From: a virus
Taxonomy: Duplodnaviria; Caudoviricetes
DNA: 64,000 nt
Virus record (IMG/VR): IMGVR_UViG_3300028797_000013
Span: 2,912-66,911 of that record
Reading direction: 5' to 3' (one strand)
The notes under the pieces: model-generated
Seen by the model: only the letters and a program-made list of their open reading frames with translations
Told to the model about the DNA's origin: nothing
Database searches by the model: none
Shown: positions 36,801 through 46,318 of the stretch, one piece after another
Numbering within the stretch: position 1 is the first letter of the stretch
How the letters are laid out: the number at the start of each line of letters is the position of its first letter
Position numbers and translations under genes: made by a program

Positions 36801-39800
36801 AACAGCTACCATTGCTTCATCACCTTGGGCCATGCCAAGAGAATTCAAGCTACGCTTAATATCTGTATCGAACCATTCAGCAAAGCCATACCCTTTACCA
36901 GTGCTACCAATATACATATCCTTAGTATAGCCACTGCCATAAAGGATGTTCTCATAGGCATTGTTACCTCGAATATTATCAGTAGGAGTGGATGTAGCAA
37001 AGCGGAATGCCTGGTATAGACTGTTTGTGCTTGCAAGCTCTACGACCTTTGCAAGGTCCTCAGCAGAAACAATACCTCCATTATCTGCTTTGATTGCATC
37101 AAGCAATGTTGCAGTGTCAGTGATGCGTGCTGCTACGACGAGGTCTGCAATCTCCTGCTCTGCGTATGTACCACTTTCACGAAGCAGCTTCTCAAACTCA
37201 GTGGTATCATATGGCGAAGCAACACCGAGACCAAATATGCCTCCGTGCTCTCTACCGGCGAGCATACTACTCCAGGTATTAACGGCTTTAGAATACTCAT
37301 CATTACCAAAGAGAGTATTCATACCAAGCGAAGTAGCTACTGCAGAAAGCCCACCAATAATGAGCCCAGGAATGCCCCCCACTACTCCGCTAATTGCCAT
37401 CATCAGAACATTGATGATACCATTGACAAACACAGACTGCCCAACGGCCTGTGCAGCACCTTCATAGATGTTATCTGCAACAAGTTCACCAGTATTGAGG
37501 CCTGCTGCTTTAATAAGTTCAGTAACCTCATCAGAAAGGAGACTTTCTACGAACAGGCCTGCAAGGTCCTCATTCTTGATGTCTTGCGTGCTCTGCCTGA
37601 TACCAGATATAACAATATCAGCAATATCAAAGATGCTATATGATGCAATATTGAACTTCAGCAACTTCCTACCGAAAGATTCGAAGGATTCATCGATTGC
37701 AGCTGCCGCTCTGTTTACTTGTTTTGCAGCATACTCACCTGCATAATATACGTCATCAGCGACGTCATAGATGACGGCCCCCTTCTGGAAATCAGCGAAG
37801 GAATCACCAAGAACATCCTTCAGATGCTTTAAGGCATCATGCACACCGTCTCCTGTCTGTCGTGCAAGCCTAAAAGTATCAATTGCATCTGCAATCTGCT
37901 CCGCAACGTCTGTCTTAAAGGCACCTTCTCTTGCTAAACGTGCATATCCATCAAGAAGCCCTTGCCAATCAGTCGTGATTGTTTCACCAATGAGCTTCCA
38001 CTCACCAGTCGCCTGATCAATATAATAAGCTACTTTATTCGAGCCACTTGAAAGAACCTTGCCAAAGGACTCAAAGTCAAGAGTCTGTGCACTACGTAAG
38101 CCTTCACGTGTCTTGATAATGAGTGAATTAAAGAAGCGTGTACGGAACGTATCTAAGTCAGCGCTTGCAATCTTAAACTCATTACTTGCTGCGCCATATG
38201 CTTGCTTAAAGCTCTTTGCAAGATCACTACTTTGATCAGGTACAGATTTCCAAAGCCTGAGTGCCTCATCAGCCTTAGCCCCAGCAACCTGCAACTTACC
38301 AAAGGCTTCAGCATAATCATTGATAGCATCCATGAGCTCAGGCACAGCCTTAAGGTCAAGGCGTCTGGTATTCGAGAAGCCGAAACCAAAGTACTGGAAA
38401 AACTTTTCATAAGCAGCCTCACCAAAAGAGCGTGCTCTGCCCATGAATCTACTAATGATGCTCGGATTAAAAGCCGCATCCTCAACACCGTCAAAGAGCT
38501 CGATGACTTCATCAGCCGTACCTGCCGCAATACGCCGGAAAGTATCTACAACATCATCGCTGACTCCATAGATGGACTTAATAAATGAATCAGGGAAATA
38601 ATCAAGTAAATCATTAGCACCAGCACCAGTGAAGAGAAGTTTTGCAGCATCATCAAAGATGTCTTCGCCAAGTGTACTTCCGCCAAGCCATTTTACATAA
38701 CGGTTAAGCCACTCCCATTGGTCAGCCACTCCAGAAGCCGTATAAGTAGCGTCGCCAATGACGTCAGCCGCTGCAGCAGCAACGCGGGCTGCTTCACTAA
38801 AGCCTTCCGCAGCATCATCAGCCAAACCAGTGATATTCCTAAAGTAACTCTCTGCATAGTCAAGGGCTTCGTCAAGCGTAGCTGCCTGATATTTGAACGT
38901 ACCTTGTGTAACTTCAAAGCCACCTTCTATACCAGTAAGTCGCACACTTTCACCAAAAAGATCTACTTTACCATTCTTAGCAAGCTCTTCTACTGCACTA
39001 TCTACAATCTGAGCACGTGTAGTAATATTTAGCTCAGCAATAGTGGCAATACGGTGTTGCTGCTGCAGCTCATCAATCGCTTGAGCTAATGTATGGCGCA
39101 TATCGCTTAGCTGTTGAATTGTGCGCTGAAAGCTTTTAACTTTAACAGGATCTGCGAGCCCTTCAAGTGCTTTTTCGAGTTCTGCTAGTTCATTGCCAGT
39201 CTGAATATAGCTTGTTTTGAGTGCTTCAATACGCGGAACAAGCGTATTCCTGAGTACTTTAGCTGTTGCAGGTTCAAGGTCATTAAGTGCATACAGAAGT
39301 TTCTTTGCTGTATCAGTAGTATTGGTTGTTACCTTTAGTAACTCTTCTGCTGCCTCAGCAAGATGGTTACCCCTAAGTGTTTTTGCAGCAGCTTGCAGCT
39401 TGTTAAGGGTACCCGAAACTTCAGTAAGGCCTGCTGCTGTTTCTGCAATTTTAGCTACTGTTCCATCTTTAATACGCTTCCAGACTTCATAAGTCATCGC
39501 AATGTCATTATCAGCAAGGTGTGCAAGATCATCAAGGGTACCGACAGAGATCTCATAGGCCTCTACCAGTTTGATATCCTTACCGAACTGAATGAACTTA
39601 TTGACTTCTTCATTAAAGAGGCGCATGACATCAGCCCCAGGCAGGAAATTCTTCCCGTCAGGCATCCATGCATTCAGTATATCAAGGTCATAACCACCAA
39701 TGTTTGATGCATTGTAACCAGAAATAAGCGTCCTATCTGCTTGCGTAAACTGATAGACTTCACGCATGACGGTATCAATGTCATTCGCTGCATCCATCAT

Positions 39801-42800
39801 ATCTACTGTGACATTTGAGAAAGCCTTCTCAAAGTCTGCGTTGATGCCACGCATATAGTCAAGCAGTGCTCTGTTTTCACTTCCCCAGCTTACCAGCCAA
39901 GAACGCTGTTCACCAGCAGTGTTGATAGCACTAATCTGAACAGGACGTGGCTGGATGGCACCAGTAGCTGTCTGAATCGGGAAGCCACTAGCCTCAATGT
40001 CAACAAAGGACATAATCTGAGGAAGTGACTGCTTTGCAGCGCGCAGGGTGGCATCAAGTGGGGCATAATTGATTTCCTGCAATAAACCTGTAAAGAGTCC
40101 TCTGATTTCTTTTTCTACACTATCCGTAACCTGAATGATACCATCGTCAATATCCTTAAGAAGCTTGTTGCCCCAAATGCTCAGATGCTCTTGAATATTA
40201 GCAATATGGACAGGAAGCTCAATCTTAAAAGCTTCTGCACTTGACAGGATACGTGTCTCTTCACCAGTGGCTTTCATAAGCTTATTAAGCTTATCAATCT
40301 GCTGGCCCATCTGGTATGCAGCAGAATCTGCCTGAAGATGTAAAAGCTCAATGAGGCGCTTATAGCTCCGAGACAGAGTAGCTACATCGTAAGCAGTAAC
40401 TGCTAAGCCATTTTCGATCTGGAAATTCAGTCTTGTTGCAGCATCTATGGTAGTCCGAATCGTCCTAGGCAGTTCGCTGGTAAGCATCGGAACTTCTGCA
40501 AGAAGCTCTGTTGCTTCAGCAAGCTTACCAAGAGCTTCACCGAACTCTGTGATATCCTGACCGGCTTTAAGGAACTGCCCATCAAGCTCTACAGGGACCT
40601 CTGTGCTACTTGCAAGCATCCTTGCAGTTGCACTGATCTTCTGCATCCCTTCTCTAAAAGTAGCTGCTGCGGCAGTTGCATCTTCACCTGCCTTGACTGC
40701 TTGGTTATAGTTTCTTACAAGCTTATCAATCTGGCTACGAACAGGAGCATGGGTAAAGAGCCCGCGTGTCTCGATTCCTTTAAGAGAATCAGGCCCAAAC
40801 AAGCTGTCAAACCAGCCTGTGATATTACGTGAGAAATCATTGTAGCTGCGCAGGACAGGCACAAAGTCCATCTCAGAAAAGACTTCCTGACCATCGCGTA
40901 CTACACTGAAATATGCCTTAGACAAATCACCAGGTACTTGCTTATTTGCAACGAGCAGTGCGATTGCCTCATTCATTGCATAGAAGTAATCAGCAAGTCC
41001 AGTGACTGCTTTAATATCTACACCAGAATAGTCAACGATGAACTCAGACATCATCTTCCTAAAGTTCTTCGTATCAAAGGCGCCCTGCAGATCTGTAAAA
41101 GCTGGCCTAATCACTTCTTCAAAGTAAAGCTTTGTAAGTGTTTCCTCATCAAGCCCCTTAAGGATATCACCTCTAAGGCTTCGATAAAGCTCAACAGCAT
41201 CAGTAGACAGATAGCGCCCTTCAAGTTTGCTTACTAGATCTGTGCGCGTATTACCACGCATAAGAGCTGCTTCAACATTCTGAGAAATAACATTATTAAG
41301 CCGACGGAAATCAAAGTCACGATTGAGAATAGAGATTAACTCACGACGATTATTAGCACCAAAAGCTTCAAGATGCGGAATAAACTCATAGTACCAAGAA
41401 GGTTTGTTTGCCGCAAGCAAAGCATTCGAGGTAATAACTTTGATACCATTAACCTCATCTACAACAAACTGAGAAAGGGTATCCACCACACTACCAGTAG
41501 TGACTTTGAAGTCAACACCAATCTCAGAGAGAAGCTGTACATTATCATTAAGTGTTTCATTGAGTGCCTTAAAGAATGCCACAGAGGCATCATTCTGAAC
41601 AATGATCGGTTGATTAGGCAAGGCTGCATGACCCGTACCATGCACGATACCAACTGCTTTGTCCATAGCATCCAAGGCAAGTGCATAGCGCATAACAGGC
41701 TCAAGGGTAACACCGAGTGCAGCAGTCATTCTGGTGAAGGCACTTTCTACACCGCTGATTCGCCCAGTGATCTTAAGCAGATCACCAAAGATCCTGTCAG
41801 TGAGCATAGGAATGCTACCACTGAACGCATCCAAGCCATTAGTAAGAACTTGGAACTTTGTACCAGTAGCTACCAGCTGATCAGCAGACACTCCAATAGC
41901 ATCAAGTGCCTTAGAAAGCTCAGGAGAAAGGCGACTCTTAAGCAATCCTCGCAATTCTTCTACTGCATCGTCAAGACCAGAAAGGTGCGGTGTGGCTGCT
42001 TCCAGTGCAGCAGTAAACTTATTATAGCTCTCAAGCGTGCCGCGTGCAACTTCAGGAAGCGTTTTCAGCTGAGCAATGCTTGAACTACCCAGAATATCTG
42101 CAAGCTCTTTCTGATATACTGCGAGAGTATACTCAAGTTCACGGATATGCCTTGTTGATTCGTCAATATCATCAAAAAGCTTTTGTGCATATTTAGTACC
42201 ACCAACAGTACTGGTATCGACTAGCTTGAAGGCTTCCTGTAACTCTACAAGCTCCTGTTTTGCAGCTTTAATAAGACTGTTCTGTGTACGGATATCAGCC
42301 TGAATGTCTGCAAGTGCGCGTGTCTCACGTATCTCAAGCTCAGCCTGCGCACGTGCAACGCGTGATTGCATCTCAGTTGCCTGCAAGGCTGCTTGCCTAC
42401 GTGCTTGATCAATCGTGGCCTGCACTTGGCTAACATTCTTAACCACTTCTTCATTTGTTTTCTCAATATACTGCATGCTAGCTTCAAGCTTACGCCCAAT
42501 AGAGTTGCTAATAGCTACTGCATTTGCTTCAGCAATGGCCTCTGGGTTGAGCTTACGCATATCCGCAGCAATATCACGAAGAAGCTGATCTGCATGATCT
42601 ACGCTGGCAATAATCTTATTCTGTGCATCAAGCTCCTGCGGAGAAATGCCCACGCGGCGTGCTGTCTCAATGGTAGTTCCTGCAACATTCCTAGAAACAC
42701 CATAGCTACTGACAGTATCAAGTGCTTTACGAATTTCTTTGGAGTTAGCATCAAAGAGGCGCAAGAACTTTACACCAAGTGCATCAATGTCAGCGGTAAG

Positions 42801-45470
42801 TTCTTTAGCCCGAAGCTTATATGCTGCAGACAGCTCCTCAAGAAGTTTGTATTCTGCATCAGCCTGTGCAATAGCTGCCAGGTTATAGCCCCTAGTCCCA
42901 TCCGCAAGGCGCTTAAGCGGACCAGAGAAAGCAGTATTAAAAGCCTCAGTTACTCGCTCAGCTTGATCAGTAAGTGCTTTTGCAAGGTCCTCAGGAGTGA
43001 GGCTAGAAAGATCCATGGCTACGCTGCCTGCCTGCAGTTGCTTCAGGTGCTTATCAACGGCAGTCAAGCGCTCAGTAATATTCTTATACTCACCCTGTGT
43101 AAGATCGAACTGCCTAGTAGCTGCAAGCAGCTGCTGTCGCTCAAGCTGCAGGGAGTTTGCGAGCAGCTCCTGTGCACGGTGCCAATCTACTGCACCATCT
43201 GCAAGCAGCGGAACAGCCTTATTTGCATAAGAAGCTATTTCACCAAGCTGCCCAAAGTTCTTTGAAAAGAGTTCAAGTTGTGCATCCAGTGTAGTGCTAA
43301 GACGCTTCAGCTCGTCAAGCGACTCAGGCGTATTTGCTTTGCTGCGTTTCTGAATAGCCACCTCAAGGCGATCCATTGTACCATTGAGTGCTTTAAGCTC
43401 AGTGGAAACAACATCTTGAAGCTCATCTAGCTTCTTAAGAAGAGCAGCTTCGTCAGAGAAAGCATCTACCTTACCGGTCTTTGTAGACGGAGTCGCATCA
43501 CCATACCTAGGCTGGTCTGCTTGCTGCTTTGCGAATGCTTTGCCAAGACCAAGTACCAGACCCATGATGGCACCAGGGAGCATATGGCGCCAGAAGTCAG
43601 CATCAGCTGCCCAGGTATCATCCCAAATGCTATCCCCATAGACATCACCAAAGTTGAAGGTAGGCTTCTCAGGAAGGTCGATGCTAGAAGGGAACGGGAA
43701 GTTTGCTTCTAGCAGGTCAATGAGGTCTGTAAAATCATCGAGGATGTCATCAAGCTGACCACTTGTCGGCTCGTCCTCATTCGGGACGTCGTAAACCTCA
43801 TCAAAAGCGGCAACCCACTCTTTGGTAGTAGTATCTTTACTTCCACCGGACTTTTTCTTATCATCATCGTCCTTCTGCTTCAGAGACACTTCAGAAGGAT
43901 CTCCGAGGTTCTTATAAGACTCCTCATACTTTGCACGATAGGCCTCTACTGCAGCATTATAATCCTCCATCTGCGCAAGGTACTCTTCATACGCAGTCTG
44001 CCAGTTATTATTGAGCCCAGAAGAACCGTTTTCAGTGCTCAGCCCAGCAAAGCTGTTGTTGATCATTCCAAAGAGACTTGCAGCAGCTACGAGGTAAGCA
44101 ATGAGTGTTGCAACAGATGCAGTAAGTGCCACAACACCAGCATTAGCACTCATGCTTGCAGGCAGAATTGCAAGAAGCCCAGAAGCCGCCTGATAGCCAG
44201 CAACACCAGCACTTGCAAGTGCTTGGCCAAGGAGGGACACAAACTGTGTTGCTTTGTAAGCAATGTAGAGAGAGGCAATGCCTTTGCCTACTACTCCAGT
44301 ACTAATTCCCATCTTATCCAGTGCGTCAATAACACCATTGATGGTTTTTGCCAAAGCAGTCAATGCGACAAGGCCAACATTGATAGAAGCACTGAATGAT
44401 TTTCCAATGACAGACAAGACAGGAGATGCTGCATGATACAGCTCTATAAAAGCATCCTTGAGCTGCAGGAGGTTACCAACTGTAGCAAGGATGTCATTGC
44501 CAAGTTTACCAGTCGGATCTATACGTAGGATGACATCATTAAAGAGGCCAGGGGTCCCCTTTTCAGTGACAATATTTCGCCAGTCATCGAGAGTATCCCT
44601 GATCGTGCGGGTTGCATCAGTAAGCCTATCATAAAGCGGATCAAAGGCCTCTCTTGCAATGATCTTGGCATCATCAATGATGGTGTCCTTCATACCTGCA
44701 AAGGTCTCTGCGATACGGTCAGCGGCACCCTGATATCGCTTCTCCAAGCCATTAAGGATTGCGACTACTGCCTTATCAGCATCGACCCAGTATTTACCTA
44801 TGTTACTAATCTGGGCGCCAGTAAGACCAAGCTCATCCTGCAAAATATCATAGATAGGAATATTTGCATTGGCCAACTGACGAATTTCTTCATTAGCAAT
44901 ACGACCCTTAGTCAGCATCTGACCAAGAGCAAAGACAATGCGTTCAAGGTTTTCAGAGGTGGCACCTGTGGCAGCAGCCGCATCAGTAAGCACTGTGAGT
45001 ACCGACTGCGTCTGACCCATTGCAACGCCTACGGACTGCATGTACTTAGACAAGCTAAGCACCTGGTCAGTATTAAACGGTGTACGCGCTGCAAACTCAT
45101 TCACTTCACGGAGGTAGGCAGTAACCTTAGCTGCTGCCTCCTCCGTGCCGACTGCAGAGTCTACGAAGTACTCGAGTGAGATACTGGCCTGCTCCATAGC
45201 AGAGGAGAACTGCAGAGCAGCTGAAGCAGCTCCAGTCAAAGCATTCATAATGGCATAGAAGCCCTGAGAGATAAGAATACCCGAGACCACTCGCTTTGTA
45301 TCTTTTAAGCTACCGGTAAGATCTTTCCAGCGCTTATCAAAAGCTGTAGCCTGGGACTGCATATCTTCGAGTGCCTTGACAGTGAGTCGCTGTGTACTCG
45401 AAATATCCTTTGAAAATTGTTTAGTATCGACATTTAAGCCAAGTGTTGCGGTTGAAAACACAGTAGCCAT
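33816..45470 (-). CDS. Giant tape measure protein (3884 aa) with internal DEDDh exonuclease domain
   Basis: Tape-measure N domain (AARTPF...LGQM..KGRI..EEIRQLA); follows the chaperone frameshift pair; C-terminal FAAGG...AGE.G.E; exonuclease motifs at aa 1824-1989. Confidence 0.92.
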   Translation of the reverse strand: MATVFSTATLGLNVDTKQFSKDISSTQRLTVKALEDMQSQATAFDKRWKDLTGSLKDTKRVVSGILISQGFYAIMNALTGAASAALQFSSAMEQASISLEYFVDSAVGTEEAAAKVTAYLREVNEFAARTPFNTDQVLSLSKYMQSVGVAMGQTQSVLTVLTDAAAATGATSENLERIVFALGQMLTKGRIANEEIRQLANANIPIYDILQDELGLTGAQISNIGKYWVDADKAVVAILNGLEKRYQGAADRIAETFAGMKDTIIDDAKIIAREAFDPLYDRLTDATRTIRDTLDDWRNIVTEKGTPGLFNDVILRIDPTGKLGNDILATVGNLLQLKDAFIELYHAASPVLSVIGKSFSASINVGLVALTALAKTINGVIDALDKMGISTGVVGKGIASLYIAYKATQFVSLLGQALASAGVAGYQAASGLLAILPASMSANAGVVALTASVATLIAYLVAAASLFGMINNSFAGLSTENGSSGLNNNWQTAYEEYLAQMEDYNAAVEAYRAKYEESYKNLGDPSEVSLKQKDDDDKKKSGGSKDTTTKEWVAAFDEVYDVPNEDEPTSGQLDDILDDFTDLIDLLEANFPFPSSIDLPEKPTFNFGDVYGDSIWDDTWAADADFWRHMLPGAIMGLVLGLGKAFAKQQADQPRYGDATPSTKTGKVDAFSDEAALLKKLDELQDVVSTELKALNGTMDRLEVAIQKRSKANTPESLDELKRLSTTLDAQLELFSKNFGQLGEIASYANKAVPLLADGAVDWHRAQELLANSLQLERQQLLAATRQFDLTQGEYKNITERLTAVDKHLKQLQAGSVAMDLSSLTPEDLAKALTDQAERVTEAFNTAFSGPLKRLADGTRGYNLAAIAQADAEYKLLEELSAAYKLRAKELTADIDALGVKFLRLFDANSKEIRKALDTVSSYGVSRNVAGTTIETARRVGISPQELDAQNKIIASVDHADQLLRDIAADMRKLNPEAIAEANAVAISNSIGRKLEASMQYIEKTNEEVVKNVSQVQATIDQARRQAALQATEMQSRVARAQAELEIRETRALADIQADIRTQNSLIKAAKQELVELQEAFKLVDTSTVGGTKYAQKLFDDIDESTRHIRELEYTLAVYQKELADILGSSSIAQLKTLPEVARGTLESYNKFTAALEAATPHLSGLDDAVEELRGLLKSRLSPELSKALDAIGVSADQLVATGTKFQVLTNGLDAFSGSIPMLTDRIFGDLLKITGRISGVESAFTRMTAALGVTLEPVMRYALALDAMDKAVGIVHGTGHAALPNQPIIVQNDASVAFFKALNETLNDNVQLLSEIGVDFKVTTGSVVDTLSQFVVDEVNGIKVITSNALLAANKPSWYYEFIPHLEAFGANNRRELISILNRDFDFRRLNNVISQNVEAALMRGNTRTDLVSKLEGRYLSTDAVELYRSLRGDILKGLDEETLTKLYFEEVIRPAFTDLQGAFDTKNFRKMMSEFIVDYSGVDIKAVTGLADYFYAMNEAIALLVANKQVPGDLSKAYFSVVRDGQEVFSEMDFVPVLRSYNDFSRNITGWFDSLFGPDSLKGIETRGLFTHAPVRSQIDKLVRNYNQAVKAGEDATAAAATFREGMQKISATARMLASSTEVPVELDGQFLKAGQDITEFGEALGKLAEATELLAEVPMLTSELPRTIRTTIDAATRLNFQIENGLAVTAYDVATLSRSYKRLIELLHLQADSAAYQMGQQIDKLNKLMKATGEETRILSSAEAFKIELPVHIANIQEHLSIWGNKLLKDIDDGIIQVTDSVEKEIRGLFTGLLQEINYAPLDATLRAAKQSLPQIMSFVDIEASGFPIQTATGAIQPRPVQISAINTAGEQRSWLVSWGSENRALLDYMRGINADFEKAFSNVTVDMMDAANDIDTVMREVYQFTQADRTLISGYNASNIGGYDLDILNAWMPDGKNFLPGADVMRLFNEEVNKFIQFGKDIKLVEAYEISVGTLDDLAHLADNDIAMTYEVWKRIKDGTVAKIAETAAGLTEVSGTLNKLQAAAKTLRGNHLAEAAEELLKVTTNTTDTAKKLLYALNDLEPATAKVLRNTLVPRIEALKTSYIQTGNELAELEKALEGLADPVKVKSFQRTIQQLSDMRHTLAQAIDELQQQHRIATIAELNITTRAQIVDSAVEELAKNGKVDLFGESVRLTGIEGGFEVTQGTFKYQAATLDEALDYAESYFRNITGLADDAAEGFSEAARVAAAAADVIGDATYTASGVADQWEWLNRYVKWLGGSTLGEDIFDDAAKLLFTGAGANDLLDYFPDSFIKSIYGVSDDVVDTFRRIAAGTADEVIELFDGVEDAAFNPSIISRFMGRARSFGEAAYEKFFQYFGFGFSNTRRLDLKAVPELMDAINDYAEAFGKLQVAGAKADEALRLWKSVPDQSSDLAKSFKQAYGAASNEFKIASADLDTFRTRFFNSLIIKTREGLRSAQTLDFESFGKVLSSGSNKVAYYIDQATGEWKLIGETITTDWQGLLDGYARLAREGAFKTDVAEQIADAIDTFRLARQTGDGVHDALKHLKDVLGDSFADFQKGAVIYDVADDVYYAGEYAAKQVNRAAAAIDESFESFGRKLLKFNIASYSIFDIADIVISGIRQSTQDIKNEDLAGLFVESLLSDEVTELIKAAGLNTGELVADNIYEGAAQAVGQSVFVNGIINVLMMAISGVVGGIPGLIIGGLSAVATSLGMNTLFGNDEYSKAVNTWSSMLAGREHGGIFGLGVASPYDTTEFEKLLRESGTYAEQEIADLVVAARITDTATLLDAIKADNGGIVSAEDLAKVVELASTNSLYQAFRFATSTPTDNIRGNNAYENILYGSGYTKDMYIGSTGKGYGFAEWFDTDIKRSLNSLGMAQGDEAMVAVRIAAAMGAIDATSIAQAHQGQNGIGSWVSSEMVLPLESAAADLETIKKILGEDYAGLQLGEQIAVNGKEYVRVLDATGSAVRYFGDDTEALRAMIQAMYVGGAQEGDFTETLRGIIDGNDYLKQALVDVMGYDARAITAYDNIQSYLALLAESDSSYREITGYTLDENPGMAVALMKQQLDIWDAYEQAKLTELGISTATYGAVGGNIDVLAGNTAQYLTGAVLEGLMPTMLAQLAAAGITLGSGSSMYETALQGPTAIDYITVGTDQDALIDALRGITVDAHGVIIDLDGQSFDVGALSVTTDEASILAEAGIQVNSNGTVSFMYNHNEARTGNERDIALSAEHFSQAIIDQLGEYSISLNFDTSEIEFGNFDKVKESMTAAMFKLSDSIGVQMSENMEKIIADIGTVTEDGFLKITNEAVLSGDATLKSALDALDWTGVSDIVKNQFYSIAALVDKEGGTIQDNLIDWANAVVVPSPIKEEDLTEEILTAFRSIGIAFTGAGEEFQMIISNTGEAITNGFTLISKEKWESLTTETVTALEALGVKTTEAGNQVIVDLSQVMEEGAGDIVAVFVNKPELWDQLPDTVKQYLEEAGIVADEQLLEINRKIGKWLVETTDGWIASWESIDQPTKDALATLGLDVNEGMLAIAGYVDGADIPETIDREALVPFSALPDELQTALSQVDKNCETKMYDIKNTASTGFTNLSSVLGEIAGGVSGTADEMATSIANAVTRAMTSMQQLESLQASAGRSGGFLGIGSTKNNVVYKGTDKQGNTYYGEYSSDGKLIKYIKIDGVTGKQSTVSNLPQFAAGGTVDPMASSLPILAGELGKEMAIMPNGDTKLLEAGLYDLPAGTQILNADDTKTVQKYVGNRPTVKAFAGGTVSLSMSPVLDSFMPDSAQGLRAALGLVNGGIVTPSGTRGSGTDMTGLIDAVTRGVLERVLPAVATAQASADGTDGRTPIYVGTLIADDAGLRTLERKLYSIRQAESMRRG

Positions 45471-45481
45471 AAAAGCCCTCC

Positions 45482-46233
45482 TTATATCTCGAAGCCCACC
45501 TCTTCAACAGTATCAACTACCCTGTGAGTACTCGGACTATTTACCTTTGCATGGGCCTGACTTAACATATTAAGCTTAACGGGCGTGCTGCGCCAGAATG
45601 ACTTTTCAGACATCCGCAGCACAGTCACGCCCGTATAGAACAACATCGGCCAGTCCCAACCCTTTGTGGTTACTGCGCCGAGGGATTGAACTGCAGTACC
45701 GTTTTCTTCTCCTCCGCCGGCGGCTCCTCCTCCACCGGCTCCTCTGCGTTTTTTGGCGGGATAAGGTCACGCAGCAGTGCAACGATGATCTTTGCGTTGA
45801 TCTCGCGCAGGTTTCTGAAGGTAACGTAGCTACCCAGCTTACTCTTGGAGATGTTGTAGCCAGTGATCTCGTCATGCTGATCATACTGGGCTGCATCATG
45901 CAGGCATCCTGCCCAAAGAAGATTCAGAGTGTCTTCATGCTTGGCCTGCTTGGTATGAACCTTCTTAAGATAGTCAAGCAGGGGAGTGCCCGCGATGGTG
46001 ATCGTCTTGCCATCCACAGGCATATCACCGATACGAACCTGCGTCAGAAGCTTCTCAGGATCAACATTTTCCTGGGTCCCAAGAACCATCTGAATGACAG
46101 AATCTACACTGTCATATATCTTCTCGAGCTCACAAAAGGCATTCAGGTCATATACGAGGCGGACCTTATAGTCCTCAGCAAGCTCGATCACCACATCATC
46201 AGGCTTGAAAATAGCTGCATTTTCGTTTGCCAT
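45482..46233 (-). CDS. Tail assembly chaperone, -1 frameshift (gpGT-like) product, ~250 aa
   Basis: A AAA AAC at 45748-45754; -1 frame open to TAA 45482 and encodes DWPMLFYTG...MSEKSFWRSTP.KL. Confidence 0.8.
45670..46233 (-). CDS. Tail assembly chaperone (gpG-like)
   Basis: Between major tail protein and TMP; GGAGG SD. Confidence 0.85.
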   Translation of the reverse strand: MANENAAIFKPDDVVIELAEDYKVRLVYDLNAFCELEKIYDSVDSVIQMVLGTQENVDPEKLLTQVRIGDMPVDGKTITIAGTPLLDYLKKVHTKQAKHEDTLNLLWAGCLHDAAQYDQHDEITGYNISKSKLGSYVTFRNLREINAKIIVALLRDLIPPKNAEEPVEEEPPAEEKKTVLQFNPSAQ

Positions 46234-46261
46234 GGTCGATCAATTCCTCCTATTGTTTTTA

Positions 46262-46296
46262 GAAAAGAGGAGCGGGCGGTCATTCCCGCTCCTCTT
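46262..46296 (-). terminator. Intrinsic terminator after the major tail protein gene
   Basis: GAGGAGCGGG/CCCGCTCCTC stem followed by TTTTCT. Confidence 0.7.
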
Positions 46297-46318
46297 TGAA
46301 GAGCCCAGTGTCTTTTGC

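Noticed and set aside
40960-41645. IVHGTGH plus distant NEAIA in the TMP as a zincin peptidase
   Set aside because: HExxH Glu is replaced by Gly and the third-ligand motif is about 220 aa away; unsupported without a profile search
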